A DNA stretch of 64,000 bases from an uncultured cyanobacterium. Its GTDB lineage: Bacteria; Cyanobacteriota; Cyanobacteriia; Leptolyngbyales; Leptolyngbyaceae. The position numbers were made by a program, and so were the translations under genes. The notes beneath the pieces are model-generated. The model saw only the letters and a program-made list of their open reading frames with translations. It did not search any database and was not told where the DNA came from. The stretch covers positions 1 to 64,000 of the forward strand of contig CAVYAN010000049.1 in assembly GCA_963766075.1 (NCBI GenBank). The letters are read 5' to 3'. Positions 21,557-35,500 of this stretch are shown in pieces; position 1 is the stretch's first letter; the number at the start of each line of letters is the position of its first letter.

Positions 21557-23518
21557 ATGGGAAAAGTCATCGGGATTGACCTCGGCACAACTAATAGCTG
21601 TATAGCAGTGCTGGAAGGCGGTCAGCCGAATGTGATCGCGAGTTCAGAGGGCGGGCGAACCACCCCCAGTATCGTTGGATTTGGCAAATCCGGCGATCGC
21701 TTGGTTGGACAACTCGCCAAGCGCCAAGGCGTCACAAACGCTGAAAATACAGTTTTTAGTATTAAACGATTCATTGGTCGTCGCTGGGACGACACTGACA
21801 TGGAGCGTTCCCGAGTTCCCTACAACTGCGTTAGGGGGAGGGACGAAACAGTTGACGTCCAAATTCGGGGTAAAACCTATACGCCCCAAGAGATCTCGGC
21901 GATGATCCTGCAAAAGTTAAAGCAGGATGCGGAGAGCTATTTGGGTGAATCCGTAGACAAAGCCGTGATCACGGTTCCGGCTTACTTCAGTGATGCCCAG
22001 CGACAGGCGACCAAGGATGCTGGCACAATCGCCGGATTGGAAGTACTGCGGATCATTAACGAGCCCACGGCGGCGGCCTTGGCCTATGGGGTTGATAAAC
22101 AAGACCAAGAACAGTGCATTCTCGTATTTGACTTGGGCGGGGGCACGTTTGATGTGTCCATTTTGCAAATGGGAGATGGTGTATTTGAGGTTAAAGCCAC
22201 ATCGGGGAATAACCACCTGGGCGGCGATGACTTTGACGACGCGATCGTCCAATGGATGATCAGCAGTTTTCAGAGCGAAGAGGGCATCGATCTCTCCATT
22301 GACAAGATGGCTCTCCAGCGGCTGCGCGAAGCGGCGGAAAAAGCCAAAATTGAGCTGTCCGGAACTCGGGCAACCTCGATCAATCTTCCCTTTATTACGG
22401 CGGATGATACGGGGCCTAAGCATCTGGAAATGGAACTCACCCGCCCCAAATTTGAAGAACTGGTTAGCACGTTAGTCGAGGCGACTATTCAGCCAACAGA
22501 GCAGGCCCTTAAGGATGCCGGGTTAACGATTGATGACATTGATCGGATCTTGTTGGTGGGTGGCTCGACCCGAATTCCCGCAGTCCAAGAGGCAATTAGT
22601 AAACGCTTCAACGGCAAAACTCCTGACAAATCAGTTAATCCGGATGAAGCGGTTGCCTTAGGTGCAGCGATCCAGGCGGGTGTGCTAGGGGGCGAAGTTA
22701 ATGATTTGCTTCTGCTTGACGTAATCCCCCTGTCCCTTGGCATTGAGACCCTGGGTGAGGTTTTTACCAAAATTATTGAGCGAAACACCACAATCCCCAC
22801 GAGCAAAGCTCAAATTTTCTCAACAGCCACGGATGGTCAAACTTCCGTCGAAATCCATGTTCTCCAGGGCGAACGGGCCATGGCCAAGGATAACAAGAGC
22901 TTGGGCAAGTTTCAGCTCAATGGGATTCCACCTGCTCCACGCGGCATTCCCCAAATCGAAGTCTCCTTTGATATAGATGCGAATGGCATCCTCAAGGTAT
23001 CCGCTTTGGATCGGGGTACGGGCCGTGAACAAAGTGTTTCGATTACGAATACCGGCGGTCTCACTGCCAGTGAAATTGAGCGGATGCGCCAGGAAGCAGA
23101 GGTCAATGCGGATGCGGATGATCAGCGCCGGCAACTGGCTGAGCTGAAAAACCAAGGAGAAGGACTGCTGTCTAGCTATGAGAAGACCCTCCGCGATAGT
23201 GATGAACTCATTAGCGAGGCGCTCAAAACGCAGGCGGCGCACCGGGCTGAAGAGTTATACGCCGCATTTGCGAATCCGTCTGCTACCGTAGGAGAGGTAA
23301 AACAGTTGTTGGATGCATTCCAGCAAACTTTGTTTGCCATTGGAGAGGACGTCTATCGAGGGGTCAGTCAGGCTTCTAATAGTTTTGATCCTGATCACCC
23401 GGAGGATCCTGAATCCACGGCGTTTGCCACCCCGCGTCAGCCGTCTCGTGACGGTGGCGACGATGACTATGGTGACAATGATGCCACTGTAACGGCTGAT
23501 TATGAGGCTGTAGATTAA
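21557..23518 (+). CDS. dnaK: Chaperone DnaK (grpE-linked cyanobacterial paralogue)
   Basis: [34 protein letters not shown] and [11 protein letters not shown]. Confidence 0.97.
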   Translation: MGKVIGIDLGTTNSCIAVLEGGQPNVIASSEGGRTTPSIVGFGKSGDRLVGQLAKRQGVTNAENTVFSIKRFIGRRWDDTDMERSRVPYNCVRGRDETVDVQIRGKTYTPQEISAMILQKLKQDAESYLGESVDKAVITVPAYFSDAQRQATKDAGTIAGLEVLRIINEPTAAALAYGVDKQDQEQCILVFDLGGGTFDVSILQMGDGVFEVKATSGNNHLGGDDFDDAIVQWMISSFQSEEGIDLSIDKMALQRLREAAEKAKIELSGTRATSINLPFITADDTGPKHLEMELTRPKFEELVSTLVEATIQPTEQALKDAGLTIDDIDRILLVGGSTRIPAVQEAISKRFNGKTPDKSVNPDEAVALGAAIQAGVLGGEVNDLLLLDVIPLSLGIETLGEVFTKIIERNTTIPTSKAQIFSTATDGQTSVEIHVLQGERAMAKDNKSLGKFQLNGIPPAPRGIPQIEVSFDIDANGILKVSALDRGTGREQSVSITNTGGLTASEIERMRQEAEVNADADDQRRQLAELKNQGEGLLSSYEKTLRDSDELISEALKTQAAHRAEELYAAFANPSATVGEVKQLLDAFQQTLFAIGEDVYRGVSQASNSFDPDHPEDPESTAFATPRQPSRDGGDDDYGDNDATVTADYEAVD

Positions 23519-23548
23519 AGTTCCCTTACCCTATCGAAGCAGCGCCCT

Positions 23549-24691
23549 ATGGCTCGTGATTATTACGAAATCCTTGGTGTTTCCCGCGACGCGGACAAAG
23601 AGGAATTAAAGCGGGCGTATCGCCGACTGGCCCGCAAATATCACCCTGACGTCAATAAGGAGCCAGGGGCGGAAGATCGATTTAAGGAAATTAATCGGGC
23701 CTATGAGGTGCTGTCTGAACCCGAAACTCGGGCTCGGTTTGACCGATTTGGTGAGGCGGGAGTCAGTGGTGCTGGAGCAGCAGCGGGCGGCTATCAAGAT
23801 TTTGGCGATATGGGCGGATTCGCTGATATTTTTGAAAGCTTTTTCAGCGGGTTTTCTGGCGGCGGCATGGGAACGCAGACGGCAGCACGGCGGCGCAGTG
23901 GGCCAGTGCGGGGAGATGATTTGCGTCTGGACCTGAAATTGGAATTCCGGGAGGCGGTATTTGGGGGCGAGAAGGAAATTCGGATCAGCCATCTGGAAAC
24001 TTGCCTGACCTGCGAGGGGAGCGGAGCCAAGCCAGGGACTCGTCCGCGCACATGTGCCACCTGTAATGGTGCAGGGCAGGTGCGGCGGGCAACCCGCACG
24101 CCCTTTGGCAGCTTTACGCAAGTCTCGGTCTGTCCGACGTGTAATGGCACGGGACAGGTGATTGAGGACAAGTGCGAGTCCTGCGGAGGGGCGGGACAGC
24201 GGCAAGAAACGAAGAAACTAAAGATTACGATTCCGGCAGGGGTCGATAATGGTACGCGTCTAAGGGTTACGGGGGAAGGCGACGCCGGACAGCGGAATGG
24301 GCCACCGGGTGATCTTTACGTCTATCTATTTGTTAGTGAAGATGCAGAGTTTCAGCGGGAGGGCATTAATGTGCTCTCACAACTGAAGTTGAGCTATCTG
24401 CAGGCCATTTTGGGAAGTCGGTTAGAGGTTAATACAGTGGACGGCCCGCAGGAACTGTTGGTGCCCCCAGGCACCCAGCCAAATACGGTGCTCACACTCG
24501 AAGGCAAAGGAGTTCCGCGATTGGGTAATCCGGTGGCGCGCGGGGATCATATGATTACGGTTTCGGTCGATATTCCCACACGGATTGCTCCAGAGGAGCG
24601 CGAGTTGTTGGAGAAGTTGGCGAAGATTCGCGGCGATCGCGTCGGCAAAGGCGGCATTGAAGGCTTTATTGGCAAGATGTTTGGCGGATGA
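23549..24691 (+). CDS. dnaJ: Chaperone DnaJ (type I)
   Basis: J-domain HPD, G/F region and four CxxCxGxG motifs. Confidence 0.97.
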   Translation: MARDYYEILGVSRDADKEELKRAYRRLARKYHPDVNKEPGAEDRFKEINRAYEVLSEPETRARFDRFGEAGVSGAGAAAGGYQDFGDMGGFADIFESFFSGFSGGGMGTQTAARRRSGPVRGDDLRLDLKLEFREAVFGGEKEIRISHLETCLTCEGSGAKPGTRPRTCATCNGAGQVRRATRTPFGSFTQVSVCPTCNGTGQVIEDKCESCGGAGQRQETKKLKITIPAGVDNGTRLRVTGEGDAGQRNGPPGDLYVYLFVSEDAEFQREGINVLSQLKLSYLQAILGSRLEVNTVDGPQELLVPPGTQPNTVLTLEGKGVPRLGNPVARGDHMITVSVDIPTRIAPEERELLEKLAKIRGDRVGKGGIEGFIGKMFGG

Positions 24692-24948
24692 TGCAACTGA
24701 GTTCTCCTACGCCGGAATTTGATGCGCAGTTGGATTTGCGGGGTACGCCTTGTCCAATTAACTTTGTGCGGACTAAGCTCAAATTGGAATCCATGGTGGC
24801 AGGAACGGTGTTAGAAATATGGCTGGATCCAGGAGAACCCATTGAACAGGTGCCAGACAGCTTGCTGATGGAGGGACACCACGTAGAGCAGATCCAGGAG
24901 CGCGTAGGATTCTTTGCCGTGACGGTGCGGAAGAGCGCTGAGGCATGA
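24688..24948 (+). CDS. Sulfurtransferase TusA/SirA family protein
   Basis: [13 protein letters not shown] motif. Overlaps the dnaJ stop codon. Confidence 0.9.
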   Translation: MMQLSSPTPEFDAQLDLRGTPCPINFVRTKLKLESMVAGTVLEIWLDPGEPIEQVPDSLLMEGHHVEQIQERVGFFAVTVRKSAEA

Positions 24949-26021
24949 GGGCCAGAAGCCCGGGGGAAAGCGCAGGGATTGTGCCCGAGGATACCCTGGT
25001 GGGAAGGGTTGTGGCCATCCAGGCTAATTTCTATCAGGTGACCTTAGATGGAAATCGGGGGCAACTCCTTTGTACTCGTCGGGCTCGCCTGAAAAAGCTG
25101 GATCAGCAGGTGATGGTGGGCGATTGGGTCACGCTTGAGGAACCGGACTGGTTAGGCAGACGCGGCGCGATCGCTCAGGTCCTGCCCCGTCAGTCGGTGT
25201 TGGACCGACCACCGGTGGCCAATGCGGACCATATTTTGCTGGTATTTGCCTTGGCCCAGCCAACGATTGAGCCGTATCAACTGAGTCGTTTTTTGCTGAA
25301 GGCGGAGTCTACCGGACTGGATGTGACGCTGTGCCTCAGCAAGGGTGATTTAGTGTCTGAACTGGAGCAGCAGCAGTGGCAACAACGGCTACGGCTGTGG
25401 GGGTACGATCCCCTGATTGTTTGCGTGCATCAAGCGCGGGGCTTGGCAGAGTTGGCGCTGCGACTCCGGCACAAAATTACGGTGGTTTCTGGCCCCTCGG
25501 GCGTCGGGAAATCCAGCTTGATTAATTGGCTTGTGCCTGAGGCCCAGCTCCGGGTGGCCGCAGTGTCAGGCAAACTGGGCAAGGGAAGACATACGACGCG
25601 GCATGTGGAACTGTTCGAGTTACCCGGGGGGGGATTACTGGCGGATACCCCCGGTTTTAATCAGCCGGATTTAGACTGCGCACCGGAAGATTTGGCGGGA
25701 TATTTTCCGGAGATTCGGCAACGATTGGTAGGAGCGACCTGCCAGTTCAACGACTGTTCCCATCGGGACGAACCCCAATGCGCGGTGCGGGGGGATTGGG
25801 AACGGTATGCCCATTATTTGGACTTTTTGGAACCCGCGATCGCCCGCCAGCAATTGCTCAATGACTCCGGCAATCAGGAATCGAACCTAAAGCGAAAAAG
25901 TAAAGGTCAAGGCCAGCAAACCTATGAACCGAAGCTGGTTGCCAAGAAGTATCGACGCACTTCCCGGCGATCGCAGCAGCAGGCACTCCAGTTACTCAGC
26001 CAGGAAGAGGCTGAAGAGTGA
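24945..26021 (+). CDS. rsgA: Small-subunit ribosome biogenesis GTPase RsgA
   Basis: VGDWV, GPSGVGKSSLIN, GRHTT, DTPGF and CQFNDCSHRDEPQCAV zinc site. Confidence 0.95.
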   Translation: MRARSPGESAGIVPEDTLVGRVVAIQANFYQVTLDGNRGQLLCTRRARLKKLDQQVMVGDWVTLEEPDWLGRRGAIAQVLPRQSVLDRPPVANADHILLVFALAQPTIEPYQLSRFLLKAESTGLDVTLCLSKGDLVSELEQQQWQQRLRLWGYDPLIVCVHQARGLAELALRLRHKITVVSGPSGVGKSSLINWLVPEAQLRVAAVSGKLGKGRHTTRHVELFELPGGGLLADTPGFNQPDLDCAPEDLAGYFPEIRQRLVGATCQFNDCSHRDEPQCAVRGDWERYAHYLDFLEPAIARQQLLNDSGNQESNLKRKSKGQGQQTYEPKLVAKKYRRTSRRSQQQALQLLSQEEAEE

Positions 26022-26033
26022 GCCCTGCGGTCC

Positions 26034-26846
<813 letters not shown>

Positions 26847-26893
26847 CTAGATCATCATACCGCCACCCTGTCCCCTATGCCCTGTTCCCAGCC

Positions 26894-28726
26894 ATGAACC
26901 GGCTGACCTCTGTCGCCACGTCTGTCATCAACGCGTCTGTGATCAGCACGTCTGCCATCAATCAGATCATGGCGCGGGGCTGGCTATGGGTATGGATAGC
27001 CATTGGTGCGGCGTTGCGAGGGTGGTCACTGGCCTGGGATCCACCGTGGACGGACGAAGTCGCCACGCTGGTGTTTAGCTTGGGACACAGTTTTCGCACC
27101 GTGCCCCTGAATCAGATGCTGAGCCTGGATGCACTACTGGAGCCGCTGCGGGTGGATACCATGGGCAGCGTTAGCGATGTGGTGCGGCATTTGATGACAG
27201 AGAGCACCCATCCACCCCTATATTTCGTGCTGACCCATTTTTGGCTCCGGGGGCTGTCGGCCCCAACGGGTTGGGTAGATGTGGGTTTGGCGCGATCGCT
27301 CTCGGCCTTTTGGGGCGTCTTGGCCATTCCCGCCATGGCCGGCTTGAGTCGGCTCCTGTGGCGGCAGGGGCGAGTTGCGCCGATCGCCACAGCTCTCATG
27401 GCCCTGTCACCGTTGGGTATTTATCTGGCCCAGGATGCGCGGCATTACACCTTGGCGATTTTGTGGGAGATTGCTGGATTGGGCTGCGGGGCGATCGCCC
27501 TCCGGTGTCTGCACCAAAACACAAAACTGTCTCCCTGGCTGTGCCTCACCTGGGTTGCCGTCAATGCTTTGGGGTTAGCGACCCACTACTTCTTTGGATT
27601 GTTCCTCGTCGCACAGGCTATGGTTTTCGGGGTGCTTTACGGCCTTCAATGCAAAGCCGCCATCCGGGTTTCTGTCTCTGGGCTTGCTTTTGAGCCTGGA
27701 TGGAAAGGCCAAAATCCAGCTTGGCTGGGCATTGGCATCAGCATCCTAGGCACAGTCGCCAGCAGTTTAGTCTGGCTGCCAGCCCTTGTCCAAAGTCGAG
27801 AAAATGAGCTGACGTACTGGGTCTTTGTCGCGGGGCGGAGCGGGTGGAACGGGTTGGATCCAATCGTCAATACCAGCATTAGTCTGATGACGATGGTACT
27901 GTTGCTACCGATTCAAAATGTGCCCACCGGGGTAATGCTGGGGTCTGGCAGCGTTGTGGTGGGGGCTAGCCTGGGGCTGTGGCTGTGGGTTTGGCAGGGG
28001 TGGCGGGAACGCTGGCAACATCTCAGCGATCGCCCAGTAATCGGAGGACTGTTGGGGACACTATTGGGGGCGATCTCCCTGTTTTTGTGCCTGGATTACG
28101 GGTTCAGCACTGATCTGACCCGGGCCTTTCGCTATAGTTTTGTGTACTTTCCCCTGGTGATTTTGGCAGTTGCGATCGGCGTGACGGCCCACATCCCCCG
28201 ATTTCCTGGCAGGCATCGCGTTCTGCCCTTGCTGCTCCTGCTAGCGGGACTGGGCGGCCTCACCGGGGCAAATCACTTGGGATACCAAAAGGTGCATCGT
28301 CCTGATCGGGTAGCACAGACCCTTCAGCAGCAGTCGCAGGGCGCGATCGTTGTCAGTATAGCCCACCATACCCACGGTCAAACCGGTCGCCTGATGGGAG
28401 TGGCCTGGGCACTGGCTCATCCTGGCTCCCCTCGTCCTGGCTTCCCCCGTCCCGGCCACCCATCGGGTAACGTCCCTGCACCAGGCCCGGTACAGGCCCA
28501 GTTTTACTTGGATCATCAGCGCTGTACGCAAGACAATCCATCCGGCTGCGATCGGCCCACGGAACAATTTCGCCAAAGCTTAACCTCGGTGGCACGTCCC
28601 TTTGACATTTGGCTGATTAATTTTCAAGGGGTGGCGGACTTCGGTCCCCAGCAGTGTACCTTTGATCGCACCTTGGGGACTCAACGAGTCGATGGATATC
28701 GGTATCAGCACTATCACTGTGGGTAA
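26894..28726 (+). CDS. Glycosyltransferase family 39 (PMT-like) membrane protein (start uncertain)
   Basis: WTDE, HPPLYF, ARSLSA, QDARHY and THYF motifs, with many TM helices. Confidence 0.85.
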   Translation: MNRLTSVATSVINASVISTSAINQIMARGWLWVWIAIGAALRGWSLAWDPPWTDEVATLVFSLGHSFRTVPLNQMLSLDALLEPLRVDTMGSVSDVVRHLMTESTHPPLYFVLTHFWLRGLSAPTGWVDVGLARSLSAFWGVLAIPAMAGLSRLLWRQGRVAPIATALMALSPLGIYLAQDARHYTLAILWEIAGLGCGAIALRCLHQNTKLSPWLCLTWVAVNALGLATHYFFGLFLVAQAMVFGVLYGLQCKAAIRVSVSGLAFEPGWKGQNPAWLGIGISILGTVASSLVWLPALVQSRENELTYWVFVAGRSGWNGLDPIVNTSISLMTMVLLLPIQNVPTGVMLGSGSVVVGASLGLWLWVWQGWRERWQHLSDRPVIGGLLGTLLGAISLFLCLDYGFSTDLTRAFRYSFVYFPLVILAVAIGVTAHIPRFPGRHRVLPLLLLLAGLGGLTGANHLGYQKVHRPDRVAQTLQQQSQGAIVVSIAHHTHGQTGRLMGVAWALAHPGSPRPGFPRPGHPSGNVPAPGPVQAQFYLDHQRCTQDNPSGCDRPTEQFRQSLTSVARPFDIWLINFQGVADFGPQQCTFDRTLGTQRVDGYRYQHYHCG

Positions 28727-28825
28727 AAGTGGAGCATAGAGGGCCATCCTAATCCCCGATCATCCTACACCCGGTTGCCCTGCAGTCGGGCATAATTCTA
28801 AACAGCTTCCTTTCTTCTTTTTCCT

Positions 28826-29176
28826 ATGCTGGAATGCGCGCGCTGTCGCCAACCCGTCGCCCGTCAAGCTCTGTCCTGTCCTCACTGTGGCAACCCGCTG
28901 AAAGCCCACGGGCATCCCGGTATTCCCCTACATCAAGCCACAGGTGACGAGCCGCTGTGCCTGACGTGCATCTATCACGCCGATGATTCCTGCAATTATC
29001 CCAAGCGACCCCACGCAATGGATTGCACGCTGTACAGCACTTCATCGCCCGCTAAAGCGCCTTCACCCCCTGCCCAGCTTGGCTTTGGACTACCAGGCTG
29101 GATCCGACGTAATGGGGGATTGGTGGCCTTGATGGGGCTGATTGTGTTGAGTCTGTTGATCGCACTGGCTAGGTAG
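28826..29176 (+). CDS. Zinc-ribbon protein with C-terminal membrane anchor
   Basis: CARC...CPHCG, a second Cys cluster CLTC..C..C, and a hydrophobic C-terminus. Confidence 0.8.
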   Translation: MLECARCRQPVARQALSCPHCGNPLKAHGHPGIPLHQATGDEPLCLTCIYHADDSCNYPKRPHAMDCTLYSTSSPAKAPSPPAQLGFGLPGWIRRNGGLVALMGLIVLSLLIALAR

Positions 29177-29268
29177 GGTTGGGAGGCGAAGTGGATAATG
29201 AAATGGCAAGAGAGCTTGATAGAACCGGTAAAATGGAGACTCCCATTGCGAATTATGCATTAGCCCCT

Positions 29269-29433
29269 ATGCCGTTGAACCTCCAGCCGGAAATGGATGA
29301 GCCGCAGGCCAGCAGCCCTGACCAAGACAAACCCACACCTGATAACGCAGCCATCTTATGTCCCCATTGCCGACGCACAGCAACAAATGGCATTAAGTGT
29401 CAAGGAATTTGTGTCGCTGACAGTGATTATTAA
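29269..29433 (+). CDS. Small Cys-rich hypothetical protein (start uncertain)
   Basis: C-terminal CPHCRRTATNGIKCQGICVADSDY, a putative metal-binding motif. Confidence 0.6.
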   Translation: MPLNLQPEMDEPQASSPDQDKPTPDNAAILCPHCRRTATNGIKCQGICVADSDY

Positions 29434-29504
29434 TAGCTGATAATGATTATTAATAGCTGGCAGTGCTTTTAATCATAGTGATTATTAAGGCGTGACTTAG
29501 GGAC

Positions 29505-32500
29505 TCAACTCAAGATTGGCAGTCGAATGCAGAACTCGGTGCCATGACCCAACGCTGACTGTACTTCTATGCTACCTTGATGTTTTTCCACCACAATTTG
29601 ACGGGCGATCGCCAAACCTAATCCGGTGCCTTTGCCCACGCCTTTAGTCGTGAATAAATGATCAAAAATCTTGGCTTTTACGGCCTCGCTCATACCTCTG
29701 CCATTATCATGGATACGAATTTCTACAGTGTATGGTTCCGGGATCACAGAAGTGTGAAGGGTGATAATCTGGGGATGGGCCTCCAATGCTGCAAAGGACA
29801 ATTGCTGAGCCGCTTCGTCAAAGACATCGATCGCATTGGCCAGAACATTCATAAACACCTGGTTAAGCTGGCCCGGAAAGCACTGGATCAGGGGCAATTC
29901 ACCATAGTTTGAAATAACCTGAATGGCAGGACGATACTGATTGGCTTTGATGCGGTATTTGAGAATGAGCAGCGTACTATCAAGCCCCTCATGCAGATTA
30001 GCGCTCACCTTGTGGTCAGTATCGGCGCGGGAAAAAGTGCGAAGGCTCGTGCTGATGCCTTTGATGCGATCAGTGGCCCCTTTCATTGAGGTCAACAGTT
30101 TGGGCAGGTCTTCGCAGAGAAATTCCAGATCAATCTCTTCTGCATGTTCTTGCACAGGGGTGGCCACCTGAGGAGCGTATTGTTGATAAAGTGCAAGATG
30201 GCTCAGTAAGTCGTGTACATAATCCTTGGCATTGTTAATGCTGCCCGTGAGAAAGCCAATGGGGTTGTTAATTTCGTGGGCGATACCCGCGACCAAGTTA
30301 CCCAGGGATGCCATTTTTTCATTCTGAACCATTTGCAATTGCGTATTTTGCAAATCTGACAGTGCTTGTTCCAACTCCTGAGATTTTTTCAAGATCGTGG
30401 CTTCGGCATATTTGCGATCGCTAATATCCCGCACGATAATCAATGCTTCATCCTGGTCACAAACTGCAATCCGCACCTCTTCATATTGCACGCGATCGGG
30501 CGTGACAAACTGCTGTTCATAGATTTGGGTGATGCCCGTTTCCAATGACCGCTGAATCGCCTGCATTCGTTCCTCAGCCTTATCGAGGGGGAGGGAATCA
30601 TACACGCTTGCACCCGGAAAAAATACATCGGTCTGTTGCACATTCAGATGATCAGAGCCAGCAATATCGAGATAAATACCCTCTCGATTGACCCGGATTA
30701 ATAGGTCTGGGATAGCAGCAATCAGAGCTCGATTGGTGGCTTCACTTCTCTCTAGATCTTGCGCGTATTGCTGAAATTGCTGGTACAGTCGGGCATTTTC
30801 CAAGGAAATGGCCGCTTGGGTACAGAGAAAGTTCAGGATCAGCAGACGATCCTTCGTAAATACCCCACTCGTTGAACAACTTTCTAAGTACAGAATGCCG
30901 AGCAGTTTGCCCTGATTCAGAATGGGCAAGCACAGGATGCTTTTGGGTCGCCGCTGAACGAGGTACTCATCCCTGAGATACTCAGCGCTAATGGACACAC
31001 CCACTTTGAAATGATCAACAGCCATTGCTACTTGCGTATTTTTGACATATTGAATCAGCTTCACGGGCACCTGGGGACTGCCCGCTAGCGGGGCGGAATA
31101 CAGCTCTACCGCTTCGGGCGTGGCTATGGCCTCAATTCGCCATTCGCCTGTGGGGTCAGGGAGGATTAGGGCGCAGCGATCGCCCCCGGAGTTATGCAGA
31201 ATAATTTGGGTGAGTTGATGCAGAAGCTGATCCAATTGAATCGTACCAGAAAGGCTTTGGGAGGCTTTGAGCACGGAGGCAAAATCTAATGTGCTATTAA
31301 GGCTCACACTCGACGAATGGCTCGATGGGGTAGAGCCATGGATTGAAAGGTGATGAACGGCGCTACTGGCCAAGACTTCCAGGGAATTCCGGGCAGATAC
31401 AGCGGATAGAATCTTGGAGGATAGCAATTCCGGATAGCGGTTGGCTAAATCATCGGTTTTGGCTTTGGCTCCCCACTGGGTATAGCGGTGGTCGGCAGCC
31501 TGCATATACCCAACGGCCAGGGTTTCTTTACCCCAGTCGAGATAGAACTGGGCGGCCCGTTCGTTCGCGAGGGCTTCATCTTGAATAAACCCATTTTTGA
31601 GCGCACTGGCAATGGCGCGATCGTAGTATTCGATCGCCTCAGAGCGCTGTCCGGCCACACGATACCGTTCCGCTTCAACCAGTTCCCAGCGGTGCTGATG
31701 GTTGAAGGGAGCCAGCGTAGCCCAGTTTTTCAGCCGTTCCTGGTGCCGATCCACACGGTCCAGCCCATCCTGCTGCGTCTCCACTGTGCTATCACACAGG
31801 GCCAACTGAATGAGTGCATCATAGAAGGCATACAGCGGCACCATGAAAGTCCCAATACCCCCGTCTAGATAGTGCTCTGCCAGGATAGCGGCATGGGCGG
31901 CTTGCGGATAGTGGCCAAACAGGTAGCTCAGCACCATCTGATTAAAATGCAGATAGAAGAGAGCGGTACGATGATGCGTCGCTTGCAACAGCGGTTCTGC
32001 CGTAGCGGCGTTAAAGACTGCCCCCGTGAGCTGTTCAGGAGCAGGCGTTTGACCCAACAGGTTGAGGATGGTTTGCTCGTAGATTTCTAGATAGTACTGT
32101 GAGGTTTTTTGCTTGAGCCGACAGACGGTTTGACGATAGGCAGCGATCGCATCAGCCAGCCCGGTTAATTCCTGCCCAGCATGATAGGCATAGCCACAGT
32201 AAGCTGCCGCATTCAAGCCCGCACATTCCTGATCTCCCGTTTCCAGGCCGGTTTGGAAGGCTTCCTGTAACGGGGGAATAGACTCCTGCAGAGGGGCTTT
32301 CCAGTGCTGAATGTAGGTATAGGTGACGTACCAGGCTCTGCACTTGAAGGAGGGATCCTGCAACTGGTCTAGTAACTTCAACGCCAGTTGACCAAAGTCG
32401 TAGCCAGATGGAATATCGCCAATGACACCACATAGAATCAGACCATAATCAACATAACCATAAATGGACAGGGGACAATTGCCATCCTGGAGTGACAATT

Positions 32501-35500
32501 CCACTTGCTTAAAAATCAGCAGAGCCATTAAGGTGGGATTTCCCCAATAGGCACAGGGCACCAGCCAACTCAGGATTTGCAGGGTGGCTAAGCGATGGGG
32601 ATCGGTCATCGGGGGTAATTCAAGCAAACTCAGGGGGGCAGTATCCTGCCAAAGTTGCCGGGTAGCTCCAAATGCCGCCGCAACATCCGCCTGGGTCGGC
32701 TGGGTCGGAAGGTCCACCCCCAAGGACTGTAAGACTTGTAAGCCAATCTGGAGGGCCTGCTGGAGTTGCCCCTGGGCCTTAGCCCCCATCAGGCGGGTTT
32801 GCTGGACTGGAATCGTATCTAGCAGGGTTCTAGCCTGTTGGATCGCGTGGTTAGCCCATTGCTCCATCTGCTCAAAATCTGTGCTGAGATAGGCTGCGTC
32901 TGCGGCCTCTGTATACAGGGCCAGGGTCAGATCGTAATGATGCGTCCAAGCCTGTGGGGGCAACAGAGCAATGCCGATCGCCAGAAAGTCTACCGCTGCC
33001 CCATAGGCCGTAGCGGCTTTGGCTTTTTGCCCTGCTCTGAGGTTTAAGTGGGCCAAGTCTTCTCGCGCTTGGGGAGTCGTGATTCGGGAGCGCCCCGCAT
33101 TCAAATGATTGACAATTTCAAACAGACGCTCCTCCTTTTCAGCGGCTGTAGCGTTGTTGTGCAGTAGGAGTTGGCCGATTTTCAGGTGGGTGGCTTGCCG
33201 ATGGTCTTCGGCGATGAGGGCGTAGGCCGCTTGCTGAATGCGATCGTGCAAGAACCGATAGGCACAGGAGTCCGTAGGGGGTATCTGGGTTGCGGGTATC
33301 TGGGTTGCGGGTATCTGGGTTGCGGGGATCTGGGACTGGCGACTGGCTCCTCCTGGAAAAATTTGTAAAGATCATTTTGGGGAAGGATAAATCCTTCTTG
33401 CAGGGCTGGCCAGAGGTCTAGCGCAATTTTTGTTGGGGGTTGTTCACAGGCGATCGCCAGCGTAGTCAAGTCAAATTGATTGCCGATACAGGCCGCTAAT
33501 TTAAGTAACGTTTGGCAAGACGCGGGCAGTTTTTGCAATTGCAGCGTCATGAATTCGACCACATCCAGGCTGAGCACCTGTGACGTGAGGCGAGTCATAT
33601 CGCACTGCCATTGCCGGACTTCTCGATCAAATTCAATCAAGCCGTCTGTATGGAAAGATTTGAGTAATTGGGTAGTAAAAAAGGGGTTCCCCTGGGCCTT
33701 TTGATAAACCCGCTGTGCTAGGGGCAGGGCCGCATTTTCAGAACAGCTCAGCGTATCGGCAATCAGGTGATTAATGTGGGTCTGGCTCAGGGGAGACAGG
33801 GTCAAAGTATGGACCGCAACGTCGGCTTTGCTGAGGTTATCGACCATCAGCCTGAGGGGATGGGTGGCGCTGACTTCATGATCCCGATAGGCCCCGATCA
33901 AGAGTAGAGCGTCGCACTGGCGCACGAGAAGATCCATCAAACTGAGGGAGGCTAGATCCGCCCACTGTAAGTCATCCAGAAAAATGACGAGGGGATGGCC
34001 TCCCGTCGCGAAGACTTGAATAAAGTGCTGCAACACGCGATAGAACCGATGTTGAGCTTCATTGCCCGACAATGCTACCGCAGCGGGCTGTGGTCCCAGG
34101 ATGGCGGCCAGCTCGGGAACAACATCGATAATGACCTGCCCATTCTCTCCGAGGGCCGTGAGAATCCGGGCTTGCCATTGCGCCAACTGCGCATCGCTTT
34201 CAGCCAGCAATTGCCCCACCAAATCCCGTAATGCTTGGAAAAACGCTGAAAAGGGAATATTGCGATTGAATTGGTCGAACTTGCCCTTAATGAAATAGCT
34301 ACGCGGTCCGTTGACATTGCGGGCAGTGCGGGCGATCGGCTGATGCACTTCATTGATGACGGCGGTTTTGCCGATGCCCGAAAACCCAGCGACTAATACG
34401 AGCTCGCTGCCGGGGGAGCTAGAGAGCGGGGCCTGGGCCACACGCTCAAATGCCGCTAATAATTCACGCACTTCGGCCTCTCGACCGTAGAGCTTTTCCG
34501 GAATCAAGAAGCGATCGCAGGCATCTTGGGTGGCGATCGCCACAGGTTCAAGGTGACCCGTTGCCCGCAATTGTGTGAGGCTGGTCTGTAAATCATGCCG
34601 CAATCCCACAGCACTTTGATAGCGATCTTCGGCATTTTTGGCCATTAGTTTGGCCACTATGTCAGACAGCACAGCGGGAATATCCGCACAGAGCTGATCT
34701 GCGCGGGGCGGCAATTTGGCAAGATGACAATACACCAGCTCCAGCGGATCGTCACTCTGGAAAGGCAATTGCCCGGTTAACAATTCAAACAGGGTGACAC
34801 CCAGGGCATAGAAATCAGCGCGATAGTCCACGCCCCGATTCATTCGTCCCGTCTGCTCCGGGGCCAAATAGGCGAGTGTGCCTTCGAGGCTAGTGGCGCT
34901 TTTGATTTCTAGGGTTTCTTTGGGCAGGAGTGATGAGAGGCTGAAGTCGATCAGTTTGACTTGTTTCGACTCTGGATGAATCAGAATATTGGCGGGCTTA
35001 ATATCCTTGTGGATGACCCGTGCCTGATGCAGATCATGCAAAATATCAGCCAGTTGTAAGGCAATTTCCAGAACGTCTAGCAGAAAGGTTTGAGTGTCGT
35101 GGGGTAAGCTTGGCCGGGAATGAGCTGACTCCCCTCCTAAAGGTGAACCCTGAAAAGGGGCGCTAGAAGAAGGGGCACTAGAAGGTGAGCACGTAGCCCG
35201 TTGGGTAATCCACTGTCGGAGGGAAATCCCCCCAAAGTCTTCCATCACGAGGGCATAGCTGCTGCCGTAGGGTTCGAGACTATAGGGACGAACGATGCCA
35301 GGAATTTTGAGCGCGTTGGCGATCGCGTACTGATTGCGCAACTGTAGCCCCGCCTGCCCCCCCGCGTGATCCGGGTGCAGCAGTTTAATAATGACGGGCC
35401 GCTGACTCGAATTTTCCACGGCGCGATACACCACCGTCCGCGAGCCCGCATAAAGTTGCTCAAGGACGGAGTAGCCAACAATGTGAGGCGCTGGGTGAGG

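Noticed and set aside
15480..26021. pilB-pilT-pilC divergent from grpE-dnaK-dnaJ-tusA-rsgA as an unusual linkage
   Set aside because: This is a commonly conserved cyanobacterial arrangement.
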